Under the pieces are notes generated by a model that saw only the letters and a list, made by a program, of their open reading frames with translations, was not told the origin of the DNA and did no database searches. Both the position numbers and the translations under genes were made by a program. A stretch of DNA of 64,000 bases from Chloroflexota bacterium (GTDB lineage Bacteria > Chloroflexota > UBA5177). This document shows, one piece after another, positions 37,373 through 47,900 of the stretch. Position 1 is the first letter of the stretch. Each line of letters opens with the position of its first letter. The stretch is taken from assembly GCA_025449555.1 (NCBI GenBank), contig JANWJD010000084.1, forward strand, positions 712 to 64,711, read 5' to 3'.

Positions 37373-38629
37373 TTAGGCAACAGCCACTTGCTCGGCATTG
37401 TGCAAGGGGAAACGAGCCGTGAGCGCCGTGACTTCTGACCTGAGATGCCCCTGCAGCGGCTCGTCCGTTGGGGCGGACAGCCGATCACAAATCCAGTCCG
37501 AAATTTGTCTCATCTCCGCCTCGCGCATGCCGCGCGTGGTACTGGCCGGAGTGCCGAGACGCAATCCGCTGGTTTGGGTCGGACTCCTGGTATCGAACGG
37601 GACGAGATTCTTGTTCGCTACCAGGCCAATGGACTCTAGCGCCTCCTGTGCCTCCCGGCCGGTGATGTCCTTCTCCCGGAAATCCATCACCATGAGGTGG
37701 TTGTCAGTCCCACCCGAAAGCAGCGTGTAGCCGCGCTCCTGGAGATTGGCTGCAAGCGTAGCAGCGTTCGCCACGATCTGCTGCGAGTATGCACGAAATG
37801 ACGGCTGAAGGGCCTCTCCAAAGGCTACCGCTTTCGCCAGTATCTGATGCATGAATGGGCCACCCTGCATATAGGGGAATACAGCGGAGTTGATTGATTT
37901 GGCCAGCTCGGCACGCGAAAGAATGAGGCCACCGCGCGGCCCGCGGAGGGTCTTGTGAGTGGTTGAAGTGACGATGTCGGCATACGGTAGAGGACTGGGA
38001 TGCACTCCACCGGCGATCAGACCCGCCACGTGGGCCATATCGAACATGAAGCAAGCTTCCACTGAGTCGGCGATAGCTCGAAGGCGTTCGAAGTCAAAGA
38101 ACCGAGGGTACGCGCTGGCTCCGGCCACTAGTAATTTTGGACGGAACTCGAGGGCCTGCTGCTGCAGTGCGTCGTAATCGATCCGATGGCTTGCCTCGTC
38201 GACACCGTACCAGGCGAAGTCATACAACTTTCCGGAGAAATTGAAGCCGCCGCCGTGGGTCAGATGTCCCCCATGATTCAAATTCATGGCAAGCACACGG
38301 TCACCCGGCGTCAATACGGCGGCATACGCGGCCATATTTGCCATTGCGCCCGCGTGAGGTTGTACGTTAGCGTGCTCGGCTCCGAACAATTCCTTGACGC
38401 GCGCGAGCGCCAACTCCTCGGCTTCATCGACGTATTCACAGCCGCCGTAGTAACGTTTGTGCGGATATCCCTCCGCGTACTTGTCGGTCAAGACCGATCC
38501 TGTTGCTTCCAACACAGCTGCACTGCAATGGTTCTCTGACGCAATGAGCACGATATCTTCCGATTGGCGCCGTTGTTCTCGTTCCACGATGGCGAAGGCT
38601 TCTGGATCTGTGTGTGAGAGCGCCGACAT
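37373..38629 (-). CDS. glyA: serine hydroxymethyltransferase
   Basis: PLP-Lys context TTHKTLRGPRGG and full-length SHMT similarity; AAGGAGG RBS before the ATG at 38629. Confidence 0.95.
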   Translation of the reverse strand: MSALSHTDPEAFAIVEREQRRQSEDIVLIASENHCSAAVLEATGSVLTDKYAEGYPHKRYYGGCEYVDEAEELALARVKELFGAEHANVQPHAGAMANMAAYAAVLTPGDRVLAMNLNHGGHLTHGGGFNFSGKLYDFAWYGVDEASHRIDYDALQQQALEFRPKLLVAGASAYPRFFDFERLRAIADSVEACFMFDMAHVAGLIAGGVHPSPLPYADIVTSTTHKTLRGPRGGLILSRAELAKSINSAVFPYMQGGPFMHQILAKAVAFGEALQPSFRAYSQQIVANAATLAANLQERGYTLLSGGTDNHLMVMDFREKDITGREAQEALESIGLVANKNLVPFDTRSPTQTSGLRLGTPASTTRGMREAEMRQISDWICDRLSAPTDEPLQGHLRSEVTALTARFPLHNAEQVAVA

Positions 38630-38695
38630 GCAGACCTCCTTGTGGACTGGGCGCGAGGAGCACGGGCCTCGACCGCCGAGTCTCACCGACTCCTG

Positions 38696-39295
38696 TCAAA
38701 AAATGCGAATCGTCAAGCTTGTCAATTCGTTCAATGGCCAGTACGATATCCAGGCTCTTCCGATGATGTACCTGCGGGCAAGCCAGGGAGTCCTCGGCCA
38801 TCGACTGGAATCGAAGCTGTTGTTTCGGTTGTCGCCCAGAACAAAATAACTGTTTTCCGGTACCCGCCGCACTGCGAATGAGTTTACCGACAGGGACGTG
38901 ATGTATGACTCGTGCACTTGACGCCGGTTGACGTAGACGCGCCCGCCGCGAATCTCTACGGTGTCACCGGGTTGAGCGATAATCCGTTTGATAAAGTCGC
39001 GATCCGGATTGTCGGCCGGCACAGCCCGAAACACTACCACGTCCCCGCGCTGCGGAGCGTGAAACCAATACTCTGCCTTGTCGACCAATACATACTCGTC
39101 ATTATGAAGAGTTGGTTGCATCGAGTCGCCTTGCACTCGAAAGTTCTGAAATGCGACTCGCACGATGAGAAACATCACGCCTGCCAGAATCACGGTTTGC
39201 GAAATTTCGCGCCAACGTCGGGTTTTGCGTTCGGTCGCCGGGCCCTTTTCGCGCATTCCACCCGAAGGCTCATTTTCGAGCCGTGAAGTGGTCAA
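38696..39295 (-). CDS. lepB: signal peptidase I
   Basis: Catalytic Ser motif GDSMQPT and Lys-box (KRIIAQPGD); TM anchor; start overlaps the selA stop (ATGA). Confidence 0.85.
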   Translation of the reverse strand: MTTSRLENEPSGGMREKGPATERKTRRWREISQTVILAGVMFLIVRVAFQNFRVQGDSMQPTLHNDEYVLVDKAEYWFHAPQRGDVVVFRAVPADNPDRDFIKRIIAQPGDTVEIRGGRVYVNRRQVHESYITSLSVNSFAVRRVPENSYFVLGDNRNNSFDSSRWPRTPWLARRYIIGRAWISYWPLNELTSLTIRIF

Positions 39296-40680
39296 TCCGG
39301 CCCCGGATGCGTCATCTGCAGTGCGGCCAGCAATCCCTCCAGCAGGCTGCTCTCTTCCTCCTCACCCACGGTTCGCGGATCGATCACGATTCGCCCGGCA
39401 TGGGTACGCGCGATGATCGGGGTCTCAAGTGCGCGCAGCGTTTCGGCCTTGATCGAGGGAGGCAGAACAACCAGCGTGGTCGGCAGCGTCTCACCGGGCA
39501 GTGAACCGCCTCCGACGGTGGATTCTCCTGGTTCCAGGTGTAGTCGCAGCCCACGCGTCTCTGCCTGCGTTTGCAACGAGCGAGCGCGTATTTCAATCTG
39601 AGTGGAGCTTTGGGCGATCATGCGCCACACCGGCACCGTTTTTTCGGCATTCCCCGCGAGGTACGAGTGAACTGTGGCTGAGAGCGCCGCGATTGTGACT
39701 TTGTCCGGCCGCACCGCACGAGCCAGCGGATGACCTCGAAGTCGATTGACCAAACTCGCACGGCCCAGGATGAGACCGGATTGTGGACCTCCCATGAGTT
39801 TATCTCCCGAAAATGCGACGAGATCGACTCCTGCTGCTAGCGCCTCCGGAACTGTGGGCTCGTGCGCGAGTCCGAAGCGCTCAGTATCGAGCAGCGCACC
39901 GCTCCCGTTATCGTCGATGAGCGGGAGGCCGTGTGCGTGAGCTAAGTTGGCCAATTCGGGCAACGCAACTGTTTCCGTGAAACCGACGATGCGAAAGTTG
40001 CTGGTGTGTACATTCAAGATGGCGGCGGTTCTGGCATTGATTGCTTCCGCATAGTCCGGCAAGCGTGTACGGTTGGTCGTGCCGACTTCGACCAGCTTCG
40101 CGCCACTTTGTTTGAGAACGACGGGCACACGGAAACCGCCCCCGATTTCTACCGACTGACCGCGTGACACGATCACCTCGCGTCGCTTTGCCAGAGCAGT
40201 GATGATCAGCAGAACGGCCGCGGAGGCGCTGACCGTGACGAACGCTGCTTCAGCTCCTGTCAACGATGTCAATTGCCGTCCAACGCGCGTCTGTCGGTCG
40301 CCTCGACCGCCGCTCGTGAGGTCGTACTCGAGATCGCAGTACCCCGAAGCTACCGCGATCGCCTCCCTCGCTGCCGGGCCGAGCGGCGCCCGCGCCAGGT
40401 TCGTGTGGAGTATTACTCCAGTGGCGTTGATAATGCGACGCGGCCCTACCGCCCAATCCCGCAGGATGCGAGAACGAACGATGGCGGCGAACTCGTCGAC
40501 ACTTGGCGCGTGGACTTCTCGTGGCGACGCACTCCGGTACTCCTGAAGCGTTGATCGCACTAACCGAGTAACCGCTTCTTGTTGATACTGGGAAAGGATC
40601 TCCTCGAGAACTTCCGATCGCAATACGCCGTCTACCGATGGAAGTCCCCTCAGGAACGATCGATCGTGCTCCGTGCTCAA
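39292..40680 (-). CDS. selA: L-seryl-tRNA(Sec) selenium transferase
   Basis: Full-length alignment to SelA by eye: LRGLPSVD N-terminus, VLHTNLAR, EYDL..G.RG.R, VSRG..VEIGGGFR, HTSNF, FSGDKLMGGPQ (PLP-Lys). Confidence 0.85.
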   Translation of the reverse strand: MSTEHDRSFLRGLPSVDGVLRSEVLEEILSQYQQEAVTRLVRSTLQEYRSASPREVHAPSVDEFAAIVRSRILRDWAVGPRRIINATGVILHTNLARAPLGPAAREAIAVASGYCDLEYDLTSGGRGDRQTRVGRQLTSLTGAEAAFVTVSASAAVLLIITALAKRREVIVSRGQSVEIGGGFRVPVVLKQSGAKLVEVGTTNRTRLPDYAEAINARTAAILNVHTSNFRIVGFTETVALPELANLAHAHGLPLIDDNGSGALLDTERFGLAHEPTVPEALAAGVDLVAFSGDKLMGGPQSGLILGRASLVNRLRGHPLARAVRPDKVTIAALSATVHSYLAGNAEKTVPVWRMIAQSSTQIEIRARSLQTQAETRGLRLHLEPGESTVGGGSLPGETLPTTLVVLPPSIKAETLRALETPIIARTHAGRIVIDPRTVGEEEESSLLEGLLAALQMTHPGPD

Positions 40681-40693
40681 TCCCGGATTCGGT

Positions 40694-41017
40694 CTAGCGG
40701 AGAACGAAGAAGGCGATCACCAGCAGAACAACCATGGCGGGAGCGAGCACCGTAAGCATTCTGAGGTCCCGGCTCAAGTAATCGTAGTTGATCGCCAGCA
40801 CTGGAGTGCGTCGAGCCGCAGTCGGGCGACGCGTCGCAGTGGCGGAACGGGTGGCGGCACTCGCCTGGGGCTGGGGTACTGGGCGTTGAGGCGGCCCGGT
40901 CGGGATAAGCTCTTCCTGAGTTGCTCCAGATTGCGCCGGGACAGCCAGAGGTCGCGCGGCGCTCCGGGTACGCGATCTCGATTTCGGCGCGGATCGACCG
41001 TGAACCTTTTTGGGCAA
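40694..41017 (-). CDS. hypothetical tail-anchored small membrane protein (basic/Pro-rich N-terminus)
   Basis: TTG start with AAAGGA 8 nt upstream; C-terminal TM helix LTVLAPAMVVLLVIAFFVLR; no family assigned. Confidence 0.3.
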   Translation of the reverse strand: MPKKVHGRSAPKSRSRTRSAARPLAVPAQSGATQEELIPTGPPQRPVPQPQASAATRSATATRRPTAARRTPVLAINYDYLSRDLRMLTVLAPAMVVLLVIAFFVLR

Positions 41018-41224
41018 GGCGAAATCCTTTAACTAGGGCAGGCCGGCTGGACCGCGCGAGAGGAGGGCCTGCACTTCTGTCTTGAGCCTGCGGCAGGAGC
41101 ATTATACATGTAGGCGGCTGCCTGGCGACGTATATACTATGGCGATAATTCACTTTCCGACAGCGAGATTGTCATCGATTCCTTCCACCACACCTACGAC
41201 CAACATGCCTTCATTTTCTGGCTC

Positions 41225-41701
41225 GTGCTGCTGGCAGCGGTAGTGGCTGTCGCCTTCTGGACCTGGCGCGTTAACCGCTATGCGCAGAGTGTGGAGGATC
41301 GCCTCGACTCCATCTTTCGCGAATCCGGCAATGAAAATACCGCGCGAGTTCTCGCCGACTACTTGAACACCGTGCGAACTACGGCGCAATCGGTAGCTCG
41401 CATGCAGGAACAGCATGAGGGCATTGTGCGGATCATGCCAACCGTAATCCGGCATGTCGGCTTGGTTAGATTTAGTCCATTTCATGACACCGGAAGCGAT
41501 CAAAGCTTCGCGCTCGCTTTGCTGGACGGCCACCAGGACGGTGTGGTCATCACTGCACTCCACTCGCGCACCGATAGTCGCTTATACGCCAAACCAGTTG
41601 AGCGGGGAAAGTCCTCGTATTCGCTTACGCCCGAAGAGAGAGACGCGATGGAGCGCGCGCTGACCGGCGAGCGGCCCGTTTCCGCCACGCGCCACGCCTA
41701 G
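41225..41701 (+). CDS. DUF4446-like membrane-anchored protein
   Basis: N-terminal TM then GLVRFSPF...QSFALALLDGHQDGVVITAL resembling DUF4446; GTG start. Confidence 0.45.
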   Translation: MLLAAVVAVAFWTWRVNRYAQSVEDRLDSIFRESGNENTARVLADYLNTVRTTAQSVARMQEQHEGIVRIMPTVIRHVGLVRFSPFHDTGSDQSFALALLDGHQDGVVITALHSRTDSRLYAKPVERGKSSYSLTPEERDAMERALTGERPVSATRHA

Positions 41702-42465
41702 GCGGCCCGCACTACGGTCAACAGGTTGGGACTGTCCGCTTCATACGGTTCCAGATCGTACGAACCATAGGTCTGGCCCGGTCGGAACCCAGCAGACAGT
41801 AGCATGAGTTCCAACTCGAATCGGTACGTGTACCGTAGTGGTAGGTGGGTTATAGCCCGCCTTACCGTTCCAGATTCGTCCGTCTGGTCGTACCACAGAG
41901 AAAGGTCGAGTAGTTGTTCGGCGGGCGAATCGACCGTACTCGAGAATGCTTGTAACTGAGTCCCATTTCCTTGCGAGTGGAAACGCAATTGAACCGCATC
42001 TCCCAGGTGCTGGTTCGCCAGGGTAAGGGGATTGGTGAGGTCCATCACGAGCAGACCGCCCTCGACCAGGCACGAGCGCGCTTGCCGGAGGGCGCCGACC
42101 TGTGCCTCCAGGTTGGGAAGATGCCAGAGCACGTTCAGCGGCCAGATTACCGTCCGAAATCGCGGCGGAAGGGAGAGCGCCTGCACCGACATGAGCTGCA
42201 CGGACGCATTGGCCAATCCGACAAGGCGGACGCGGGCAGCGGACAGCATGGCCCCCGAGGTATCGATTCCGACCACTTCCAGGCCCTTCCTGGCCAGCCG
42301 TTCAACAATCCGCCCAGTGCCGCAGCCCACTTCCAGCACCGGACCTTCCTGGACGACATTGGCGAAAAATGACACGTCGTCGTCAAACGCGTCGTGCTCC
42401 AGGTCATAGAACTCAACTATGTCTCGGTATGGGTCCATGCTGTGTCCGGAGTGCAGTATAGTCAT
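41698..42465 (-). CDS. class I SAM-dependent methyltransferase
   Basis: Motif I VLEVGCGTGR and Rossmann-fold MTase pattern. Confidence 0.8.
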   Translation of the reverse strand: MTILHSGHSMDPYRDIVEFYDLEHDAFDDDVSFFANVVQEGPVLEVGCGTGRIVERLARKGLEVVGIDTSGAMLSAARVRLVGLANASVQLMSVQALSLPPRFRTVIWPLNVLWHLPNLEAQVGALRQARSCLVEGGLLVMDLTNPLTLANQHLGDAVQLRFHSQGNGTQLQAFSSTVDSPAEQLLDLSLWYDQTDESGTVRRAITHLPLRYTYRFELELMLLSAGFRPGQTYGSYDLEPYEADSPNLLTVVRAA

Positions 42466-42502
42466 TAGTATAGAGACGCAACCTTCATTGGAGGTTCAGA
42501 GA

Positions 42503-43669
42503 ATGGGGAATGGTAGGGGACCCGTTCTCGTCGTCGACGACGAACCGGACATAGTCGATTTCTTAACGACGGTTCTGGTCGACGAAGGATACGCCACCGA
42601 GTCGGCCAGCGACGGCGTTGAGGCGTTGCAAAAGATCGCCGTCAGCGATCCGGCGCTCGTGATTCTCGATCTCATGATGCCGCGTATGTCCGGTTTCGAG
42701 GTACTAAAAGCACTCGGAGAAAGGCGCACGTCAGGACGTCCCTCGATTATCGTTTTGAGCGCGAAATCGAGCCATCACGATATCCTCGAGGCTCTCGAGA
42801 CGGGTGCCGACGATTTCATTCCCAAACCCTTCGACCTGGAGGACCTGCTCCTGCGGGTACGCGTCTGGCTGGACCGTTCGCAGGCGAGTCATGCCGAGGC
42901 GTCGAGTCTCAAAGTGTTCACATTGGGACCTTTTCGAGCTTTGCTCGGCAGCGAACTTCTATTTGACGAAGAAACGGGCGATCCGAGAGCACGTCTTCTG
43001 TTGAAATATTTGGTCACGGAGTGGGACCAGCCGATTCAACGTTCGACCGCCCTCTATCTCTTGTGGCCGGACCTTGAGGAGCACGACGCTTCCGATCGTC
43101 TGTCTGCGGTATTGGCTTCGCTCGCGCCACCGGCACGACCCGACCGTCAGGTAGGAAAATTCGTGCTGGAAGAAGGGTCCACCTTGCAGCTGAATAAGGG
43201 AGCCGACATCTGGGTAGATTCGATCGAATTCGAGGCACAGGTCAAAGCGGCACAGGATGCCCAGGAATCGGGCCAAGTCGACACTGCTTTGGGCCTTTTT
43301 CTGGCTGCGCTCGCACTGTACAAAGAGGATTACTTGCGTGAGAATCTGTACGAAGATTGGCCGAGTGATCGTCGAGAACGAATGCGAGAACTCTGGATTT
43401 CTTCGATGTTCCGAGTAGCGGCACTCTGTGCTGATCGTTGCGAGTACTCAGACAGCATCCGGCTGATGAAGAAAGTGCTCGATATCGATCCTTATCGTGA
43501 AAACGCATATCAGGCGCTGATGCTCTACCTCTCGCGAGCGGGCCGGCGGGGTGAGGCAATCAATCTATACCGGTATGCGGAGCGCCTTTTTGCGCAACAT
43601 TTAGCGGCACAGCCGGCTCCGTCCACCCGAATGTTGTACGAAAAGATATTGCGTGGCGAAGCAGGCTGA
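42503..43669 (+). CDS. response regulator with REC - winged-helix (OmpR/SARP-type) - BTAD domain architecture
   Basis: CheY-like VLVVDDEPDIV...DLMMP...K; central wHTH; C-terminal BTAD (DPYRENAYQALMLYLSRAGRRGEAINLYRYAERL); GGAGG RBS 7 nt before the ATG at 42503. Confidence 0.7.
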   Translation: MGNGRGPVLVVDDEPDIVDFLTTVLVDEGYATESASDGVEALQKIAVSDPALVILDLMMPRMSGFEVLKALGERRTSGRPSIIVLSAKSSHHDILEALETGADDFIPKPFDLEDLLLRVRVWLDRSQASHAEASSLKVFTLGPFRALLGSELLFDEETGDPRARLLLKYLVTEWDQPIQRSTALYLLWPDLEEHDASDRLSAVLASLAPPARPDRQVGKFVLEEGSTLQLNKGADIWVDSIEFEAQVKAAQDAQESGQVDTALGLFLAALALYKEDYLRENLYEDWPSDRRERMRELWISSMFRVAALCADRCEYSDSIRLMKKVLDIDPYRENAYQALMLYLSRAGRRGEAINLYRYAERLFAQHLAAQPAPSTRMLYEKILRGEAG

Positions 43670-44894
43670 CCTCCTGAGCGTCGAGGACGCACGCGCCCGT
43701 ATACTCGCGCATTTCTTCCGCCTGGAAACAGAGCTGGTGCCGCTCGACGAGGCTCTCGGAAGAGTATTGGCGGAGTCGGTGACTTCTACTCTCGACATTC
43801 CGCCCTTCGCCAACTCGTCGATGGACGGCTTCGCATTGCAAAGCAGCTCCACGACACAAGCCGCACCGGGAAGTCCGGTTTCCCTGGACGTGGTCGACAA
43901 TATTCCCGCGGGCAGCTTCAGCTCTCGTGAGCTGAGACCCGGCGAGAGTGCTCGGATCATGACTGGCGCTCCTCTCCCACCAGGTGCAGACGCCGTAGTT
44001 CCTTTCGAGGACGTCGATGATCTGGGTAGCGAAATCCATCTCTCTATCGCCGTGTCGGAGGGCTTCAGCGTGCGGCCGGCTGGTCAGGATATCACCTCGG
44101 GAATCCAGGTTCTTTCATCCGGTGTGGCATTGGATTCACGACGCGTAGCACTTTTGGCGGCGATCGGCGTCGGCGTGGTGCCCGTGGTTCGACGGCCAAG
44201 GATAGCGATTTTGTCGACCGGTGATGAGTTGGTATCTCCGGGGACCCCGTTGCAACCGGGACAGATCTACAACAGCAATACTTCCATGCTCGTCGGCGCA
44301 GTATCCGAAGCAGGCGCCCTCCCGGTGGTTCTTCCCACCGTGCGAGACGATGTACGAGAGATCGTGGATTCAATTCATGCGGCGGCTGGTGCAGATCTTC
44401 TTCTCACGACTGGGGGCGCATCAGTGGGCGATTACGATCACATGAAAGATGTGATTGGCCATCAGGGTGAGTTGAACTTCTGGCGAGTGCGAGTCCGGCC
44501 GGGGAAACCTCTCTTGTTCGGATCCGTTGGCTCTCTTCCCGTCATCGGGCTTCCCGGAAACCCTACGAGCGGCATGGTCACTTTTGAACAATTCGCCCGG
44601 CCCGCTATACGGCGTATGTTGGGAGCTGGGTTGTACCGCCCTACCATTCACGTGCGTCTCGACGAGCGCATCGAGAACCTGGGTGGTCGACGAACATACG
44701 CCAGGGCACAACTTCGATATGAGGCGGGTGAATTTCACGCCACCCTTTCAGGGTCGCAAGATTCCGCCATGCTCATGCCACTCGCCATGGCCGACTGCCT
44801 GTTGATTGTCCCGGAGGACCGGGAAGAGCTGCGGGCCGGAGAAATCGCCATTGCGCAGGTATGGCGACTCCCGCAATCACCTGAAGAGGCGTAG
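43653..44894 (+). CDS. moeA: molybdopterin molybdotransferase
   Basis: MoeA/gephyrin-E pattern (PPFANSSMDGFA..., GGASVGDYD); GTG start overlapping the upstream stop. Confidence 0.85.
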   Translation: MAKQADLLSVEDARARILAHFFRLETELVPLDEALGRVLAESVTSTLDIPPFANSSMDGFALQSSSTTQAAPGSPVSLDVVDNIPAGSFSSRELRPGESARIMTGAPLPPGADAVVPFEDVDDLGSEIHLSIAVSEGFSVRPAGQDITSGIQVLSSGVALDSRRVALLAAIGVGVVPVVRRPRIAILSTGDELVSPGTPLQPGQIYNSNTSMLVGAVSEAGALPVVLPTVRDDVREIVDSIHAAAGADLLLTTGGASVGDYDHMKDVIGHQGELNFWRVRVRPGKPLLFGSVGSLPVIGLPGNPTSGMVTFEQFARPAIRRMLGAGLYRPTIHVRLDERIENLGGRRTYARAQLRYEAGEFHATLSGSQDSAMLMPLAMADCLLIVPEDREELRAGEIAIAQVWRLPQSPEEA

Positions 44895-44903
44895 ATCCGT
44901 GGT

Positions 44904-47900
44904 CTATACCGTAAGGGGTTCGCCGTCCACCCGAACTGCAGCACCTTCGAGCACCCTCGTCAGCTCCGACGCCAGTTCATCGCAGTACCCGATGGACGTG
45001 TTGGGCAGTGGAATCGCCGTCAATCGAGCGCCTTTCCGAACCAGGATTTCCACCTCGTCCTGGCCATGAAACCGTTGCATGACCTCGTAAGCGGCGACGA
45101 TGCGTGCCACGTCTTCCAGTCGATCAGGTCCGCGATGTATTTCGATTGTCAGGCGCTTTGGTGGCCGATCGAACGATGGTGCCGACGCTGCTCCATTTCC
45201 GTTTGCACCGGCTGACTCACTACGCACTTTGTGCTTGCCATTCAGGCCCGGAGACAAAGGGTGGTCACTCAAGTCCTCGAGTGCGTGCACCGCGCTGGCC
45301 AGTAAACGCAGTCGACCGTCGGAAGCGTCGATCTTCCCCTCGATCACCACGGTCGCCCCTTCGGTTAGTCTGGCGCTCACCTGCTCGTAACTTCGGCTAA
45401 ATACGACGACCTCCACGCTCGCTCGGAGATCGGAGAGCTGGAACGAGGCCATGGGCCGGCCGTCTTTGGTCGAGAACGAGCGTAACCGGCGAACTACTCC
45501 ACCGGCAGCGACTCGTTGTGCATCCTGCTCGCCCGTGACATCGCCCACGGGGATCGCGTTGGCGGCCCGAATGGCCGGCGCAAGATCGGCTATGGGATGA
45601 CGGGAGACGGTGGTCCCCAGCAATTCTTCCTCCCACTCGATCTTCTCGTCGAGGGACGCCGCGTCTACGATTGGAAGTTGGAGGATAGGCGCCACGGTCG
45701 AGGCGTCCCCGAAAAGTGACACCTGGCCCGACGCCGCCGCGCGTTGTACGCTCAAAGCGAATCCTGCAATTCGATCGAGTCCTTCGACTAATCTCTTTCG
45801 TTCCACTCCAATACCGTCGAGGGCCCCACACTTTGCCAGACTCTCGAGTACGCGCTTGTTGATGGCAGTGGAATCCATCCGCGTGCATAGATCTTCCAGG
45901 GACGCAAATGGGCCCCTTTCGTTCCGTGCTCGCAACAGTGACTCAACTGCCCCAGTGCCGACGTGTTTGATCGCCCCGAGACCGAATCGGATGCCTCCAT
46001 CTTCGAGCGTGAAGTCAACGTCGCTCCGGTTCACGTCCGGAGGAAGAATTCTTATGCCCAAACGGCCGCATTCGGACATGGCCTCGGTAACCTTCTCCGC
46101 GTTTTCTCGCTCCGCGGAAAGGTATCCGGCCAGATACTCTCTGGGATGGTTAGCCTTTAGATAGGCGGTCTGACAGGTAATGACTGCGTAGGCAGCGGCA
46201 TGGGCCTTGTTAAAGGCATAGCCCGCAAAAGGCTCGATCACGTTGAACAGGTGCTCAGCGGTCGCCGCATCGGTACCGCGGTCGCCGGCCCGTTCGATGA
46301 AGGCGGAACGATGCTTTGCGAGTTCAGCCGCCTTCTTCTTTCCCATGGCGCGCCGCAACAGATCGGCCTCCCCCATGGTGTATCCGGCCACCAGGGCAGC
46401 GACTCGCATCACCTGGTCCTGATAGACCACGATGCCATAGGTCTCTTGCAGCACTTCCTGCAGTGCGGGATGGTCGTATGTTACTCGCTTCAACCCGTTC
46501 TTCCGCGCCACGAATTCCGGAATGTGCTCCATCGGCCCCGGCCGATAGAGGGCACCGGCGGCGACGATATGTTTGAATTCGGTGGGACGCAATTCACGCA
46601 TCAATTTTCTGAAGCCTGCACCGTCAACCTGAAAAATTCCAAACGTGTCGCCCGAACTGAGCAGATCGTAAATACTGGAATCCTCCAGCGGAATATCATC
46701 AAGCTCACAGGAGGTTCCGGTCGTGGACTCAATGAAACCGCGGGCCCGCTCCAGAATCGTCAAAGTGCGGAGTCCAAGGAAGTCCATCTTGAGAAGGCCA
46801 ATTTTTTCGATCGACGCCATGGCGTACTGCGTGGTGACTTGATCGCTTTTTGGGACCTTATAAAGCGGAACGTGCTCGGCCAGTGGATCTTTTGAGATGA
46901 CGACGCCCGCCGCGTGAGTTGAAGCGTGACGCGCCACGCCCTCCAGATCTTCCACGGTGTCGAGTAACGTCTTCATGGCGTCATCAGTCTCGTAAAGCTG
47001 TCGCAGTTCAGCAACTTCCTCTTTCGCCTTGGCCACTTTCGAGCACATGAAGGGAACGAGCTTGGCTACGCGATCGACATCGGGATAAGGCATACCAAGT
47101 ACTCTGCCGACATCCCGCACACCGGCTCGCGGACCCATCGTGCCGAACGTAATAATTTGCGCTACACGATCACGCCCGTACTTTTCGTTCACATACTTGA
47201 TCACCTCGTCCCTGCGGTCGTCGGCAAAGTCCAGATCCATATCCGGCATAGTCACCCTCTCCGGGTTCAAAAACCGCTCGAAGGATAGTCCATGTCCCAC
47301 CGGATCGATGTTTGTGATGAAGAGGCAGTATGCCACAATGCTGGCGGCGGCGCTCCCCCGCCCAGGACCAACGGCGATTCCCTGTTCGCGCGCAAAGCGT
47401 ATAACGTCGTACACCAGCAAAAAGTAGTCGACGAAGCCGGTCCGGAAAATCACTGTCAGCTCGTATTCGAGGCGCGCACGGATCTCGGCAGTAACCTCGG
47501 GGTACCTCCGACTGAGTCCGGCTTCGCACAGCCGGCGCAGATACTCCTCAGAGGTAAGGCCATCCGGCGTGTCGAATTTCGGGAGGTGCGGTCGCCCGAA
47601 AACAAGGTCCAAATTACATCGATCGGCAATCGCGATCGTGTTGCTCACAGCTCCAGGGTAATCACCGAAAAGCGCGTGCATCTGCTGCGGAGACTTTAGA
47701 TAGAACTGTTGTGACTCCATGCGCATGCGCTTGGGATCGCTCATCGTGGTCTGCGTCTGAACGCACAACAACACTTCGTGCGCGTACGCCTGCCGCTCCG
47801 TCACATAGTGAACATCGTTTGTTGCCACGAGCGGAACTCCGAGGCGTTGGTGCAAGTGCAGGATTCCCTGGTTGATCGTCTTCTGGAATTCAAGCTCGTG

